DNA of 53,307 nucleotides, the filler included, from Sphacelaria rigidula (Eukaryota), in the NCBI GenBank assembly GCA_964200075.2. It is 4 parts of 4 records of this genome, joined end to end, with 100 filler letters (N's around TTAATTAATTAA, not from the genome) between each part and the next. Parts side by side here need not be neighbours in the genome. Positions count along the whole stretch, not along the records: positions 26,705 to 39,956 come from CAXNAA020003026.1; 3 more parts are not named here. The stretch is one strand, 5' to 3'. A program made the translations under genes and the position numbers. Below, in pieces: positions 26,705 to 40,056 of this stretch (position 1 is its first letter; each line of letters begins with the position of its first letter). Below the pieces are notes generated by a model, which saw only the letters and a list, made by a program, of their open reading frames with translations, made no database searches and was not told the origin of the DNA.

Positions 26705-29700
26705 GAAGATTTTAATCCTCCGGGTTCTCATCCTCAATAAAAATCTCCATCCTCAACATAGATGATCGGCTATTTGATGACGATGAATTGAAAGGTATCG
26801 CAAACTGGATGAGGAATAAATATGGTGAACATGACAGCTTTGAACTCAGTTTTCACCCATGAATCATACGTCTCACGACTCGACCGTTCACGCACATGTG
26901 GCCGTTGTGCAGTAGAATGCCACCCACTTGTCGATCGTCCTGACTCTGATTACAAGATGCCTCGACATGGAGGTGCTCAAAATGTCCCGAAATCAATCAA
27001 CTACCGTGTGCTTGAGGTACGAATGGAGATATCGGAATGTGCAACAGTCACGATGTTTGTGCTTTCACCTGGAGAACTTTAAGGTTCATGACGGACAACC
27101 ACAAATGTAGCGTAGCGAAGTGGAGAAAACTGCCGTTCTTGGATCATGACCACCCTCTGTACTGTAGGTGGAAATGTATATTCTGATCACCCACGGGTGA
27201 TGAAGCTTCAAACATCGATTCATGTTTTCACACAAAATGGTGTCACTGTCAAACTTTCTTCTCTGCCGGAAGATTCCGACAATCTGTTACTCAGAGCTGT
27301 GATCGCCCTTGTTTTTCGACAAGTTATGGAGCAGAGGACGATAAATACTGTGCTCTACGGTACATGAGACCTATATTTTCTACCTGAAGTCAAATTCTGT
27401 CATTCGGATGGATAAATATATCGTTTGGTTGTCGAGTACGTGATGTACTTCGGGTTCGCTTCTCTGGAACCCGTTCATACGATACACGGCGAACAATTAA
27501 TCCGTGGAAATGCTAACAAAGTTGAGTTGAGGTGGTGGATAAACGTGTAGGGTGCTGTATTCCAGTTACAGGTGACGTAAGTTTCATCAGTATATATTAT
27601 TGTATATTGCCTCTTGTTCCATATGTCTGGGTGGTTGGGATTGTACGCACGGGCTGTTGACGGTGTCCAAGCTCATGCCGTTACTGGCTGCCTCCTCGGG
27701 GCGTTGTTTGAGTTGAAATCCATTGATTTATGTGGCAGGCTGCCATTCTTTCCGGCGGCCGAACGAACGAAAATTCGTCAGCCCGAGATTGGCTTGTATT
27801 CGCTGCTATTCGTACAAAACGTCAAGGAAATGAGGAGCGCGGATAAGCGGCGGAATGACAAAAAGAGGGAGAAGAGCTCTTGATACTGCGTCGCTCGTAG
27901 TGCGACATTAATTAAATGCGCAGTTCCCCGGTCATTTCGTTTGTCAGATTTGAGTTTAGTTATTTATTGGTTGTTGCACTTTAACTGACCCCCCAGTCCA
28001 GAGCCCTCCACTTTGGTGCATATTTCGCCACTGCGGTTCATCAGACACGACTCTTTGGTTCATTTTCACTTTGGTGTGCGGCACGACTGTAGTGCACTGT
28101 GACCAACCCAAGTTGTGGCAAATAGTGCACATGTCATATGTTATTGATATATTTATAGTATTCTGCAAGAGACGGGCGTGCTCGACCCTCCTATCCGAGT
28201 GGACAAATTTACCCTCCGACGGCCAGGGTAGGGCATGTGTTGAGTCGGCATCATTTTCAATTGGTGGTTGAATGAACGATGCACGTGACCCACAGTTGCT
28301 GTCACGTGTTGATTGTTTGATTGCTAAGGTCTGTCATTCGGTCACATCTTTTTTCGGTGGAAGATGATGCCGAGTCGATGACATGCCCCGGCAGCCAGAG
28401 GGTCGAGACGCGAGATTAGAGAACGCCATGTCATTCATTCATTTATTTGTCGCACTTCGAACCCCTCCCCTTCCTCAGAACGAGCCCGTGGTCTCAAGGG
28501 ATCAACCCATCTCTGCCCCGGTACCTACTGATACGTGGATAGAGTGCTTGGATTGTTTGCACGAATAAAAGCGAGTGATTCATACGACAACGGAGATTAT
28601 TTCTCCCTTCCCACCAGTGAAAACGACATGGACCACGTGTGGATGTTCCCCACCTACGACTCAGGGCATGAATCAAGGTTACATATTTCCCACTTGCCAT
28701 TCGTGCGGTGTGAACCTTATCGGTATTTTCCCCACCAGTTATTAGTACAAGAATCGTGATTCGTACATACTTTGTACTCTAAATTTGTGTAGCCATCCCT
28801 AATCCTAATTTTGAGACGCCGAAGGACTGAGTATTGCAGGGTTTGGGGCTACCTGGAGCAAGGGTACGATAGTCGTACCTCTAGCCGAAACCTTGACCGC
28901 AATTTCGGGTTAGGGTTAGGCAAACAAAACGAAAAGACCGCGGGAGCAGACTGCGGCTCCGCTATCCCAGAAACATACTCCTTGGGCATGAGGTCTCACC
29001 CACGAACCCCACGGAAGCGAAGCACGAACACTGCTGGAGTGCAACATGGAGAATGTGTACGATTTCTGCCTTTGAGAACATGACGTGAGTCGCAAATGGA
29101 AGTGTTCTGACGAGACTTGATGCGATGCGCGAGTGGTGATAGTCATGATCTAACCCGCGATACCAAAGTGTCAGGTATACACCGGGTAGACAGGATTGCT
29201 GATATCATGATACAATAGTCCAATGGCGGGGCACATTTCATCCGCGCGCAAGAAGTGGTCGTTGCTGTAATGATGCCTGTTGTTGAGTGGTGATTAGCGG
29301 TGCGTTTGCCTTGTCCCCGTTTGCATGATCTCTTCTCTTCGCTCAGGCGTCATCCCCTCGGAGCTCGGTCGTCTAGGCCGTCTTCAAAAGCTGTTGCTGA
29401 ACTATAACAACCTGTCAGGCAAGTAGAATTCCAGGGAGTGATGCATGCAGCAAAGGATGAGTCGTTTCTCCTGACTTGTGTTGTGATGAGCTCCTTCAGC
29501 CTCCGAATAAATGTCAATTTTCTTCTTACTGCTGTCGACACTACACTCCTCGGAGATGACAGTCATTGTGTAACATGTGCGTCGATTCACCCTATATCTG
29601 TCGAGTGCGTTAGTTCTGCTCGGTCGTACCAGAGCGAGTCGTCCCTGTTGCGTGCGCGTTTTCATGTGACCACAGCGATATACTTCCGTTGCATGGGCGT

Positions 29701-32524
29701 TTTGGCTTTCACGAACCAGGCAAAATATCGCGATAATGAAGTATGTTGTAGGTCCCTACATGACGTCATCTGACGTTCATGTGACGAGAAGTGACGTTAT
29801 TTTCATGAAGCTGTAGCAGCATTTAGTTGAAAACTAGGCTACTGCAAGTGATTTGCATAAACGACTGTACTCGGACTCTTGCATACTCGTATTGAGCATA
29901 ACCACGTGTTTGCACGGCGGGGATAATCAAGGTGATACACCATCGATCTCACTCGATATCTACTGTAGTCCTGTGCAGTTCACCAAAAGCGCATGGTATC
30001 ATACTCGAAAATTAACTTGAGATACAAGAAAGAAAATAGACCTTGCTTGATGTTCGGCGTGGTTATCTCCATTTGTCGATGAACCTACCGCCCGCAGCAA
30101 CGTCGAGCGTTCGTTGCAATAAGTCGTACATATCGGATTGTTGGCGATATTGGACCGCGTCTGATGTAATTGATATTTCGTCATCGTGTCGTATCATTCA
30201 ATATTCTAGTGCGGGGGAGCATGCTGAGTAGGAGTATTTTCCTTTTCTTGTGGCTCTTTGCTGGTGGCAAAGCAGCAAGTTGTGGTGCTTTATTCGATAC
30301 GATGTCTGCATGAACGTAAGTGTGGAAGGTGGAGAAGTGCATGTGTCTCTGAAGAAGCTCGGTTTTTCAATGCAGACTTTCTGTCCTGGTCAGAGCAGAT
30401 GAATTAAACGGAGCACCTTTTTGGAGTTGTCGCTAGATATGCTGTGACTCCACGTTTCAAACCCGTATTGGACGAGAACATCGGGGACGGGCGAAAAAAT
30501 ATACACAGGATAGAAAATGCAATTTTATCGTTATTCGCGAAATAAATAGCGACGCTGGAAGCTGGAAACAGGCTAGTAAGCGATGCTGAAAGCTGGAAAC
30601 AAGCTCGTTTACCCGTTTTCGCTGCTAGATAACAGCGATACTTTACACGATGTCCCGTCGCAGAGCACACCCTCACATGGCCGTCTTCGAACCCGTTCCG
30701 GGAGGACGAAAGAAAAATGCAGCAATTCGCCCAAGGTTTGGTGTAATTGTTTGCCATGTGCGTGGCAAAGGCATGTATACTACAATCGATTCGAAAGTGT
30801 GTGTGTGACGATTCGAAAGTGTGTGAAAGCATGCCGATCACAAAGAAGAGTCCAATGCACGAGGGAAAAAAGGTACGTTTGTCGCGTACATGCTTCGCGT
30901 TCTACTGTGGCACAGCATGCCTTCACACGTTCGATATTCGTATTGTGGTTCACTTGGTGTCTACCGATGATATTTTTCTTTTCCGGTAACGAGATGGTGG
31001 AGTTGTTCCATGCCGAAAATGAGCAGACTCGGGCATTGGCGTTGGAAAGTTCAAAAGGAAGTACGGGTCGCATCGTCTTTATCTGCGATTGCTACCCAAT
31101 ACTTGGCTGGTTATATAGTGTTTACGGTCCCACGTGGCTACTTTTCGTCAGACAATTTAGGTACGAGTTAGGCCGGCCTCAAAACTGAAGTTCCTTTTAC
31201 CGAACATGTCTCAAGAACCGCAGCATGTCGCAAAATGAACGCATCCCTTTGATCAGTAGATGGTGTTGGAATAACTCGTGTCCGTAGCACTGTCCTTGTG
31301 ACAGGCTAACTACCGTTCAGCGAATAGTAGTATGCAGAGGTTGCACCGTGGTTGATTAGACCACTTGCTTCCGCAGTTAAGAATAAAATCAGTGGGACAA
31401 ATGGTTGATTAGGCTCTTTATTCGGCCAAGAAAAGCAGGACTCGCAGTTTCCTCTCAGCGGAGAACTGATGGTAGTGTAAGGAGAGTGATTGTAAGGGGC
31501 AGTGAGGACCACAGATTACAATCATCTCAACCCTGCAACAAAAAACAAAGCTCTACACGCACGTAGACTAAAACGAGTCCTTGACTCTGACGTAATGGTT
31601 TGCCAGCTCACAGACTGGATTCTTACTCAGATTACAACACCTACAAATAATGGCAGCACACTCTCTTATCCTACGAGCTTACGTGGCAAATCTGCAAAGA
31701 TATTGAACTCAAAAATCCATATAGGAAACAGTACTTGCACCCTTGGTCAATATTGGGAGCTCCTAGTTGAACCGGAAAATATTGTGCCGCTAATTTGCTA
31801 CAGAGTAAAAACTCACACACAGAAAACAAACAGCTAGACTGCTGGCTGTATAAATTTCCAACAGATGGCCACGCATGTGGTCCGAGATCAACTCTTAGTA
31901 CATCTAATGGTGTTAGTTCAAGGGGAAAAGGGGTGTCCCAAGATATACTCTTATGTGTATGAATGGAAGCCGGTTTTGGGCACTTCAAGCTGCTGCTGCT
32001 CGTGTTGCTGTGCCCCTCTTGTTGTGGTATGTTGTGCCAATATTTCAACGTGGTTCTCTCGGCAACGAGGCGGAGAATTCAACTGTGGTATGTAGCGTGC
32101 GCTTTCTACACACCCAATCTAGTTTGCGTCGTTACGCGGTTGCCTTCGCGCGTGATACTAAGCTGCACCAAACAAAAATGTACACGAAACGTTTTCTTCA
32201 GTTTTTGGGGGGTTTCGGGTTCGCTGTAGCGAATTAAGCAAAGAGGTACCGACTTGACATACCAGCTGTTGTGTGTATGCAGGGGGCTGTGCAGTGCCGC
32301 GGGTCAGCTTGCTTTCTGTGTCGAGAAAGTCGTGATAAAAAGTGCTATAGCTGTCACATACTAATCTAAGTTGATGAGGGATGAAGCGTGTATTCTTTTC
32401 ATTTTCTGCTCAGCAGAGGTGCGACCACCTGATGACGTGTTAATTCTTCCTCCGTGCTTTGAATGATCACTTTCGGAGAAGGTTTGTTGGGTCTTGAGGG
32501 CCCCCATTCATACCCACAACTGTC

Positions 32525-33690
32525 TTGAGTACAGAGAAAAACGGTGGTCTGATGGTCAGACTGTTACCGTCAGGGTGCAGAGAACAAGGGTTCGGTTTAG
32601 GTCAGACACTTTTTTTGCCCTTCTTCGAAATGTAGGATTTCCATCGGCGTAAACGTGAGTACGTTAGGCGGAAAAATGAATTGATCTCTTGAGAACATGA
32701 GACCATTAGACAACGGACTGGTCTCGAGTAGGGGGGTGATTTGGGGTGTGAAGAAAAGGAATTCGTTTGCCAATAGAGAGTAAAAACAACAAAAGGTTTT
32801 ATGCCGTAATATACTGTGTTAACTAAAAAAGCACGTGCCTAAACATTCGCCAGAAGGAATATGCCTGCGATTCTGTCGCGTATGATCGCTATGTTGGGGC
32901 GGTAAAATATCTTAGACTCGTGGGCAGCGTGACGTTACCCGCTGGGTCGGCGGTCTCCGCATGCGCGAGTCCCGCACTCCTACCCGGTGCGTTGTACTTT
33001 CTGTACTACACGTAGCACTCGCTTGGCTGCTAGTACTCTCTTCGGAACAAAATTATTGTCGGAACGTCATCGTGCATCAAAGCTGTCGTGGTACGTGGAC
33101 AAATCGCCCGTACTACCCTCTGCAGTGAATCATTGTTGTTTGCAATTCACGTCAGTATTTTGCGCAGGGTTCGGCACCAGAAAGGTCCCGATATAGTACT
33201 GTTCCGAAAAAAGGCGTGGTAGCTAAGGAGTGCTCCGTGTAGTATAGAAAGTACAAGGCACCTGATACGAGTGTGGGACTCGTGCATGCGGATACCGCCG
33301 ACCCAGAGGGTAATCTCACGCTGCGCATACGTCCAAGATGTTTCATGGTGCCATCATAGCTGTCATACGTTGCAGAATCGCCGGCACTTCCTGTCAAATA
33401 ATATTCGAGCACGTCCTGTACTCTATGTGGTACACTCTCTGCACACGATTTGTTTTTCTCACACTTCGTCGGTACACGACCCCTTTTTTTTATTTCACCC
33501 TACACCCCTTCCCTTCCTAGAGACGAGTGAGTCCGTTGTCTCAAGGGATTAACCCATCGTTTCATGATGTCCTCACCCTTCCGACGATGTAATATATTTC
33601 CGGAAGAAAATAAAGTGCGTTGGGTGGGAATCGAACCCACATTCTCTTCACCCTCACGGTGGCAGTCCGACCATTGCACCACCGGGGGAC
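32525..33690. mobile_element. Foldback dimer of tRNA-derived SINE-like arms (copy 2, reverse orientation to copy 1)
   Basis: Arms at ~32541-33058 and ~33191-33689. Spacer 33059-33190 matches the reverse complement of 12130-12255. Intact B box on the minus strand at ~33625-33637. Confidence 0.85.
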
Positions 33691-33719
33691 TTTATTCGTG
33701 CAAAAACATTTGAACGATG

Positions 33720-33800
33720 CGTGCCTCAATTTTTCGAATGTCGGGGTGAAATATTGACGAAAGAGAAATCGCACTCGGGCCGACCCTGCCCCACCTTTGG

Positions 33801-33835
<35 letters not shown>

Positions 33836-34025
33836 TTGCTTACTTTGAGGGATTTGAATCGCCCAAAGTTAGTGTTGGACTGAAAGGATAGGAAGCTGAG
33901 GGAGTGATGCGGTGGGCCCAAGACTTGTTCCTCTGGTGTCAACCGTTCACCCCGAGATTCGAATACTTGTGCCGCGCGTAGCCTGTGGACTGTTGCGACA
34001 GAGCTTTGGCCGGCCCAGCTCGTAT
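33720..34025. repeat. Imperfect hairpin module attached to the foldback dimer
   Basis: 'ttcgaatgtcggggtgaaatattgac' and 'gtcaaccgttcaccccgagattcgaa' are inverted. Homologous to 9555-9720 plus 11522-11650. Confidence 0.7.
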
Positions 34026-37000
34026 TTCCCGTGTCTGGGCTATCCTTCCACGTGTCTGGGCTACGCGTACCTGGGTTGCAACGCTGGAAACAATTCCTTA
34101 GAAATGATTCGTACGGCACGAATCAACTACACTAAAATCAATTAATCCACAGACGACTTATTAGTTCGTCCAACCCTAAAAACGTTCACCTACAATTACT
34201 TTCGTCCCCGGTTACTGTAGTTGCCAATAACGAACCTGGCAACGACCAACATGTCGAGGATGCAACTCTGCATCGTTTTCAAAAGAGGAATATTTGAGTT
34301 TTGCTACAACCTTCGTCAATCATGCTTCGACACCCGAGCTGTCGATGTTCTGGGCGAAAGTATCTTGGACGACTCGGAAGGAGCGGTTGGATGTGCACCC
34401 AGGGTCACGGGTCGTGATATGTACAAGCACAGCTCTCACGCTAGCTCACGTGTGAAGGCGAACGTCACAAAATGTGGTACACTGACGTCGATCACATTGG
34501 AAGGGAGTTATCACGTTTTCCGTGGGTGCACCGCCAAACTTGAAGCAACGGTCAGCTAATCACGTAGGTTGGAAGGCACGAGAGCGTTTCGGCGTGCGCG
34601 TGTAGTTATACTGTATTGTCCTACACATAACGGTGACTGTGATTGGTTTGCATCTACTCCGCTGACGTCTTGTGTGCGCAGCTTAGTGCACGTATAATAC
34701 TCTTACATCCCACGACGACTGGCCCATCGGTTGACATGTCTCATTTTCGTCGGATTTGAAACAACCAAGTCGTGTTTGGAGGCACATGCAACCGACAGCA
34801 GGAGTGGTTGAAACCCAGTTTTGATGCGCGTGTTCGCTGTCCGCATCGTACCCATGTTCAGTCACACAATAAACCCCTTTCCCTCTCTTCCTCGGGACGG
34901 GTCCGTAGAGTAAGCGAATCAAACGATCTCTCCCTGGTGCACGCTGCATGTTGTTGCAGTCATGTTTTTGAGTGAATCGAGCAGTTGTAAAAAATGCTTG
35001 AAAGCGTTTCGCAGACGGTAAAATCATGAACACCGCATATGCCATGATGCCGGTTTGGTGACTTCATGCAGATAATAAGTGGCCATCCCGAAGATCAGTG
35101 TCCTCGATTTTCTTGAAATTGTGTTGCCTGGCCCTTTGTTGTGCGGATGATACGTGACCGTCCCGAACATCAGTGTCGTCACTTTTCTTCAATTTGGGTT
35201 GCCTAGCCCTCAAATTTGGACGCGGAACTTGTTGGAATCCGTTATTCACGGCGGAGACTGCGTCTCTTGTCAGTTGCAAATTGCGTACATGTACTTCCTT
35301 CTTTGTACAGTCCTTCTCGCCCTCGTTTACGATTATTGCACAGGTATCAAGTTTTGAGGAGAAAACGGGGAGGTTGTAGACGTCACTCGCCGGGGCAAAA
35401 TATCGCTCTTCAATTATTGAAAATTTGCACGGTTGGAAATCTCTGGTGACACTATTGCGATGACCAAGAGTGCATGCGCTTTTATCCGCACAACATATAT
35501 GTATGTATGTAAGAGTTTCGACAACTCGTTTTTTCCGTAAGTTCGACTTTTGTCAGGCTTGTAACAAGTGAACGTACTCTTGGTCGTGGCGAAAACGTCG
35601 CCGGAAATGTTCATAAGTGTTGGAACTTTCCATCATCGAAGGGTGATGGCCTTGACGAGTGCATCCCCCCTATAACTTGATGGCACCGCCCAGTATCATT
35701 CACATTTATCGGTGCCGCCGTCATGAAAAATGGTTGTGACACGCATTACCCTGCACCGACCATCATCGGCACACGAGCAGTCAGGGTGATGGGTATCTAT
35801 TACTGACGAGGAAACGTACTGGTGGCACAAATCCTTCGCCAAGAAACAATACTCCCGCATTAACGGATCAACGTGGATAAACCCTTCGACCGGGGGGGTC
35901 GATCTCCTCTTGAAGTGGCAATTTTGCTCGAGGAATGAAGACGAGGCCTAGGAGGCGGCGCATACAGCGCTCGCTAGTGCAATTCAATTTGGGTCGTGTG
36001 TTTATAAGGCTAACAAATAGGAGAAAGCATAGCCTGATCTCCGCATTCTTCATTTCCATCGTATATTCAGTCGTTCAGTCAGTAGTCATAGCACGGAGGG
36101 TTGGACTGATTTCCTCGTCAGTCTGCATGTATTTCAAACAGAAAAAAAGGGAAATAAGAGCAAGGGAAAAAAAAGTAAAATTGCGTTGTGTGTGGTGCGG
36201 TGGGGTTCGGGGGTGTTTTTTTTAGTTGTTTCGTTTTCGGTTTTCGGCTCAAGAGGACATAATAATTCCAGATGAACCAGGTGGCATGTGTCGGCTCTTC
36301 ATACGAAATTCAGTACTGTCATTCCTCGCGCGTCTTGAGGCTAATTGGCAAATTGGATACATCGTGTGCCCACGTCCGTAGTGGTGTCCGTAGTGTGTGA
36401 TACTGTCTACAAGCGCCGGCTACATTGGTCGCGGGCTGTCCTTTTTCCGTCCACATGGTTGAGCACGTGCGTGACATGCTGCTCTCGATCAAAGGGCTGT
36501 TTTGAAGGCACCATGGAGGTTCCTCAGTAAACGCAACATTTACGGGTTCAAATCTTGACTCCTTAGACAGTGAGCCTCGCCTCGGAATAATTTCACAGGC
36601 TGACGGTGCGGAGACATCCGGGGGTTCGTGGGCGGAGGGGTGGTTTCTAGGGCGAGGGGGAGTCTATCCGCAGAGCAGCAGGGGCTCACCCAGTCAACCG
36701 TGTGTGTTCGGAAGTTTCCCGTGGAAGATTCTAAGCCAGGAACATGGCCGGACAGGCGCGGAATGGCCATTCTGACTAATCACGGAATGAGCACGTAGTT
36801 CCCCTACACGTAGAGTACTTCGCTGACTAGCAGCCTCTTATTTTGGTCATGCCAATTCGGCCATAAATCACATGGGCACACATAACGTGTCTTGTACTCT
36901 GCCTGAGGTCTGTGCCGCCTGTCTGACGCCTCATGTGTTGACAGCATTGCTTTACAGTCTGTAGTGTTGTCGTGGAACACTGAGCAGATGCACCGGCAGC

Positions 37001-37578
37001 ATGCAGTAAATTGTGTTCACTAGGGAGCGATCGCATGCTGACTGTTTCTTGCCATGGTATCCAGCGGAGGGGAGATATACTACACTCATACTGACTCTGT
37101 ACGCTGTTGATTGCATGGTAAAAACCGGTCCGGGGTTCTCCGCAACTGTATTTTACATAGATGCCCAGCATTCGCGTGATGATGAAACAAGGTGTTTCGT
37201 GCAGCTAGAAAAGAGCTGTTCTAAACCCCAAATGTGGCAAAGTCCGTCTCGAGACCTTCGCGGGGATCGCTGTTGAAGACTTAAGGAAGTGCAGGTGCCT
37301 TTTTTATCGTCCGCAGTTGTGTCTTTTATTTTTAGCCACTACCGTAGATTTTTCAATATCTAACCGTGTACCTCACTCCTGTGCCCCACTCTGCTGTTGG
37401 GTGGTAAATCCTAGTGTGTGGGTGAGAAACCGGTGTACTCACAACGTATACAGCGGCCACCGATTACAAGGTAAAGCAACCGGCGCGAATCCACAAGGCT
37501 CACAAGTATTCCGTGCCGATTCAAAAATATTCCGTCAAGTTACTCGTCTGTCCATGCTGTCCCCTTCGCTCGGCCCAG

Positions 37579-37650
37579 GAGATATCCCCAAAGAGCTGGG
37601 ACAGCTTACTGCTTTGACAACGCTGTGGCTGAACAATAATCGGCTGACAG
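37579..37650 (+). CDS. Single 72-bp leucine-rich-repeat exon (phase 1-1), brown-algal ROCO/LRR type
   Basis: cccag|GAGATATCCCC...CGGCTGACAG|gtgagc, exactly 72 nt. Encodes (G)DIPKELGQLTALTTLWLNNNRLT(G), the plant-specific 24-aa LRR consensus. Confidence 0.9.
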
Positions 37651-38445
37651 GTGAGCTGCTTTGTAACGTTTATAACGAGACTGTCGGGTGATGGCCGGGA
37701 GATAGGGTAGGAGTTCTGTTGTTTTTCTCGTGGAAGTCAGTGCCTCGCTTAGTGCGACGCGTTGTACCATGCGCCATGCCAGATATGCTGTTTCACTTCG
37801 TGTTTTGGTGTGGTGCTCGTGCTTCCTGTCGGGACCCGACGTTGTTCTGTGGGCTGGGCCGGGCAGGCTTGGTTTACTCTGTTCAGCAAGGTTGGGCAGT
37901 AGTGTCTCCTAGTTCGTCTTTCTGCTGAGGTAAACCGTCCTTCTGATATGACGTAAATTTCGGAGCACTCTACCCTTGGTCCTTCGGCAAGCTACGTGCT
38001 GGGCCAGCCAACAACAGATTTGAGCTCTCGAATCAATATCTCATCGACACAGACGAGATCAGCCGTGATCTGTATATCGTATCGATCGTCTAATCAAAAG
38101 AAAGTGCCCATCTGCTCAAAACTCTGGGCCGATATTTTCTCGTTGATTAAACCCCATGTCCCGTAATTCCTGTACCGTACGGCGATAGCGTTCACACTCA
38201 AATCTATATGAAACCCCGAACGATACATTCAGCGGATTGTGACAATTTTTGGTGCGGACCTTCCAAGCGGCACGGGGAGGCGAAAGATATGTAACCTTCA
38301 CCTACTTTACAATCTATCTCGAGATATGGCGCATATAGAATTTCATACTAAAATCAATATATAACGGGCCGCTAGATGCCCTAAATACGATCATCGCATC
38401 TCAGTTTTTGAGAGTTGTTCTATGAAACTTCGTATGAAGACCCGC

Positions 38446-38756
38446 TTATTATTATCATAACTATTATCATTACTATTTTCATTATTGTTATCATCATTAT
38501 GGTTATGATGATGATTATTATCATCATTACTATTATCATTATTATTGTTATTATTATTGTTATTACTATATATTTTTTATATTATTATTATCATTATTAT
38601 TATCATTATTATTATCATTATTATTTTCATTATTATTATCATTATCATCATCATCATCATCATTATTAGTAGTAGTAGTACAATTATCATTATTATTATC
38701 GTTAATACAATTATTATTACCGTTATTATTGTTATCATTATTATCACTATTATTAT
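38446..38756. repeat. Degenerate (ATT/ATC)n microsatellite
   Basis: Seen directly in the sequence. Confidence 0.95.
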
Positions 38757-39446
38757 GGGCGATGGGGTAGAAAAGGTATTCCTTCTCGTTTTTTGCCTAG
38801 GAAAGATACGAAAAATGGCCAGAAGCGCGGAAACAGCCAAACACGCCATTTTGACCGTTTTCGCTCCGAATTTTCCAAGCACATCCTTCGGGGGGGCCAT
38901 TGGCACTCGGGACTCGAATAAAAACGGATTAAAAACATGTTACTCGAGATATGGCGACGCGAAAACGGACATTTCGCCTCCAGAAACCGCTTACCTCTTG
39001 TAGGCCACATTTCGCCGAGGTATATCTGATGTAGGATTTTTTTTTCAATCGTACCTTATCTGGGCCACCGATCGGCCGAGAACCTACCTTTGATAGGCCA
39101 TCGCTCTCAACACTGTGCCAGGGAGCCTGCGCGCCAACTCCAACCATGGCGCCCACACATTTTGCTCTTTTCCCGCTCATTTGCCGTTCACGGTCGCCAC
39201 AACAACCACGCCCCTTTCTTCTCGGAAATGGTTTCCGAGTCTCTCCGCACCGACAAATAACTGCACTCACAACTCACGACGCGTCGGTCTTTCGTGATAT
39301 ACCGGGGTTTGTGAAACACCGTACTGTTCCGATCTCGGGGCTGGTGTCAGTATCAAGCTAGGGTCTCCCGTTACGAACGGGTGGTTGTCGCATTATCGAT
39401 GGCTGGTTCCAAGCAAGGGATTTGCCGTGTGACTGAAAGCTGCACA

Positions 39447-39956
39447 GATTGATTGATTGATTATCTAACTTTATCTGATTGCAACAATCCAGCCCGTGGT
39501 CAGGAACAGCAATAATAGAACAGAATGATAAAATAGCAAAAAGATAAAGAAAGGAACAGAAAACGACAGAAGCAACGGCCTCAGAAGGGAAAGGAAGGGG
39601 GCAACAATAACAACAAAAAACACGACTGCCACCACCACCACCACCATCATCAACAACAACAACAACAACAACATTAACAACAACAACAACAAACAACAGC
39701 AATAACAACAAAATGACGAAAAACACAAAGGCAAACACAAGCACGAAAATCAACAAAAAAAGATGATGATCGCGCATCACGTAACTGATTGCAACACTCC
39801 AGCTCGTGATCAGAAGCAAAAAGGAGATAAATGAGAAAAATGAAAGGAGAATGAAAGAAAACAAAAGAAAAGAACAACAAAATAATAAAACGTAAAAAAA
39901 TAATACAATAGACAAGAAAGCAGAGCCAGGCTCGTTCCGGCGGAGGGGAGGGGGGG
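39447..39956 (-). mobile_element. Retroposon with (AATC)n tail (same family as 9079 and 12738)
   Basis: Collinear with 12738-13200, including 'agagccaggctcgtt(t)ccggcgg' and the G-run. Confidence 0.8.
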
Positions 39957-40056
39957 NNNNNNNNNNNNNNNNNNNNNNNNNNNNNNNNNNNNNNNNNNNN
40001 TTAATTAATTAANNNNNNNNNNNNNNNNNNNNNNNNNNNNNNNNNNNNNNNNNNNN
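39957..40056. other. Artificial contig spacer
   Basis: N44-TTAATTAATTAA-N44. Confidence 0.97.

Noticed and set aside
38415-39003. Ile/Tyr/His-rich ORFs
   Set aside because: Translations of an (ATT/ATC)n microsatellite.
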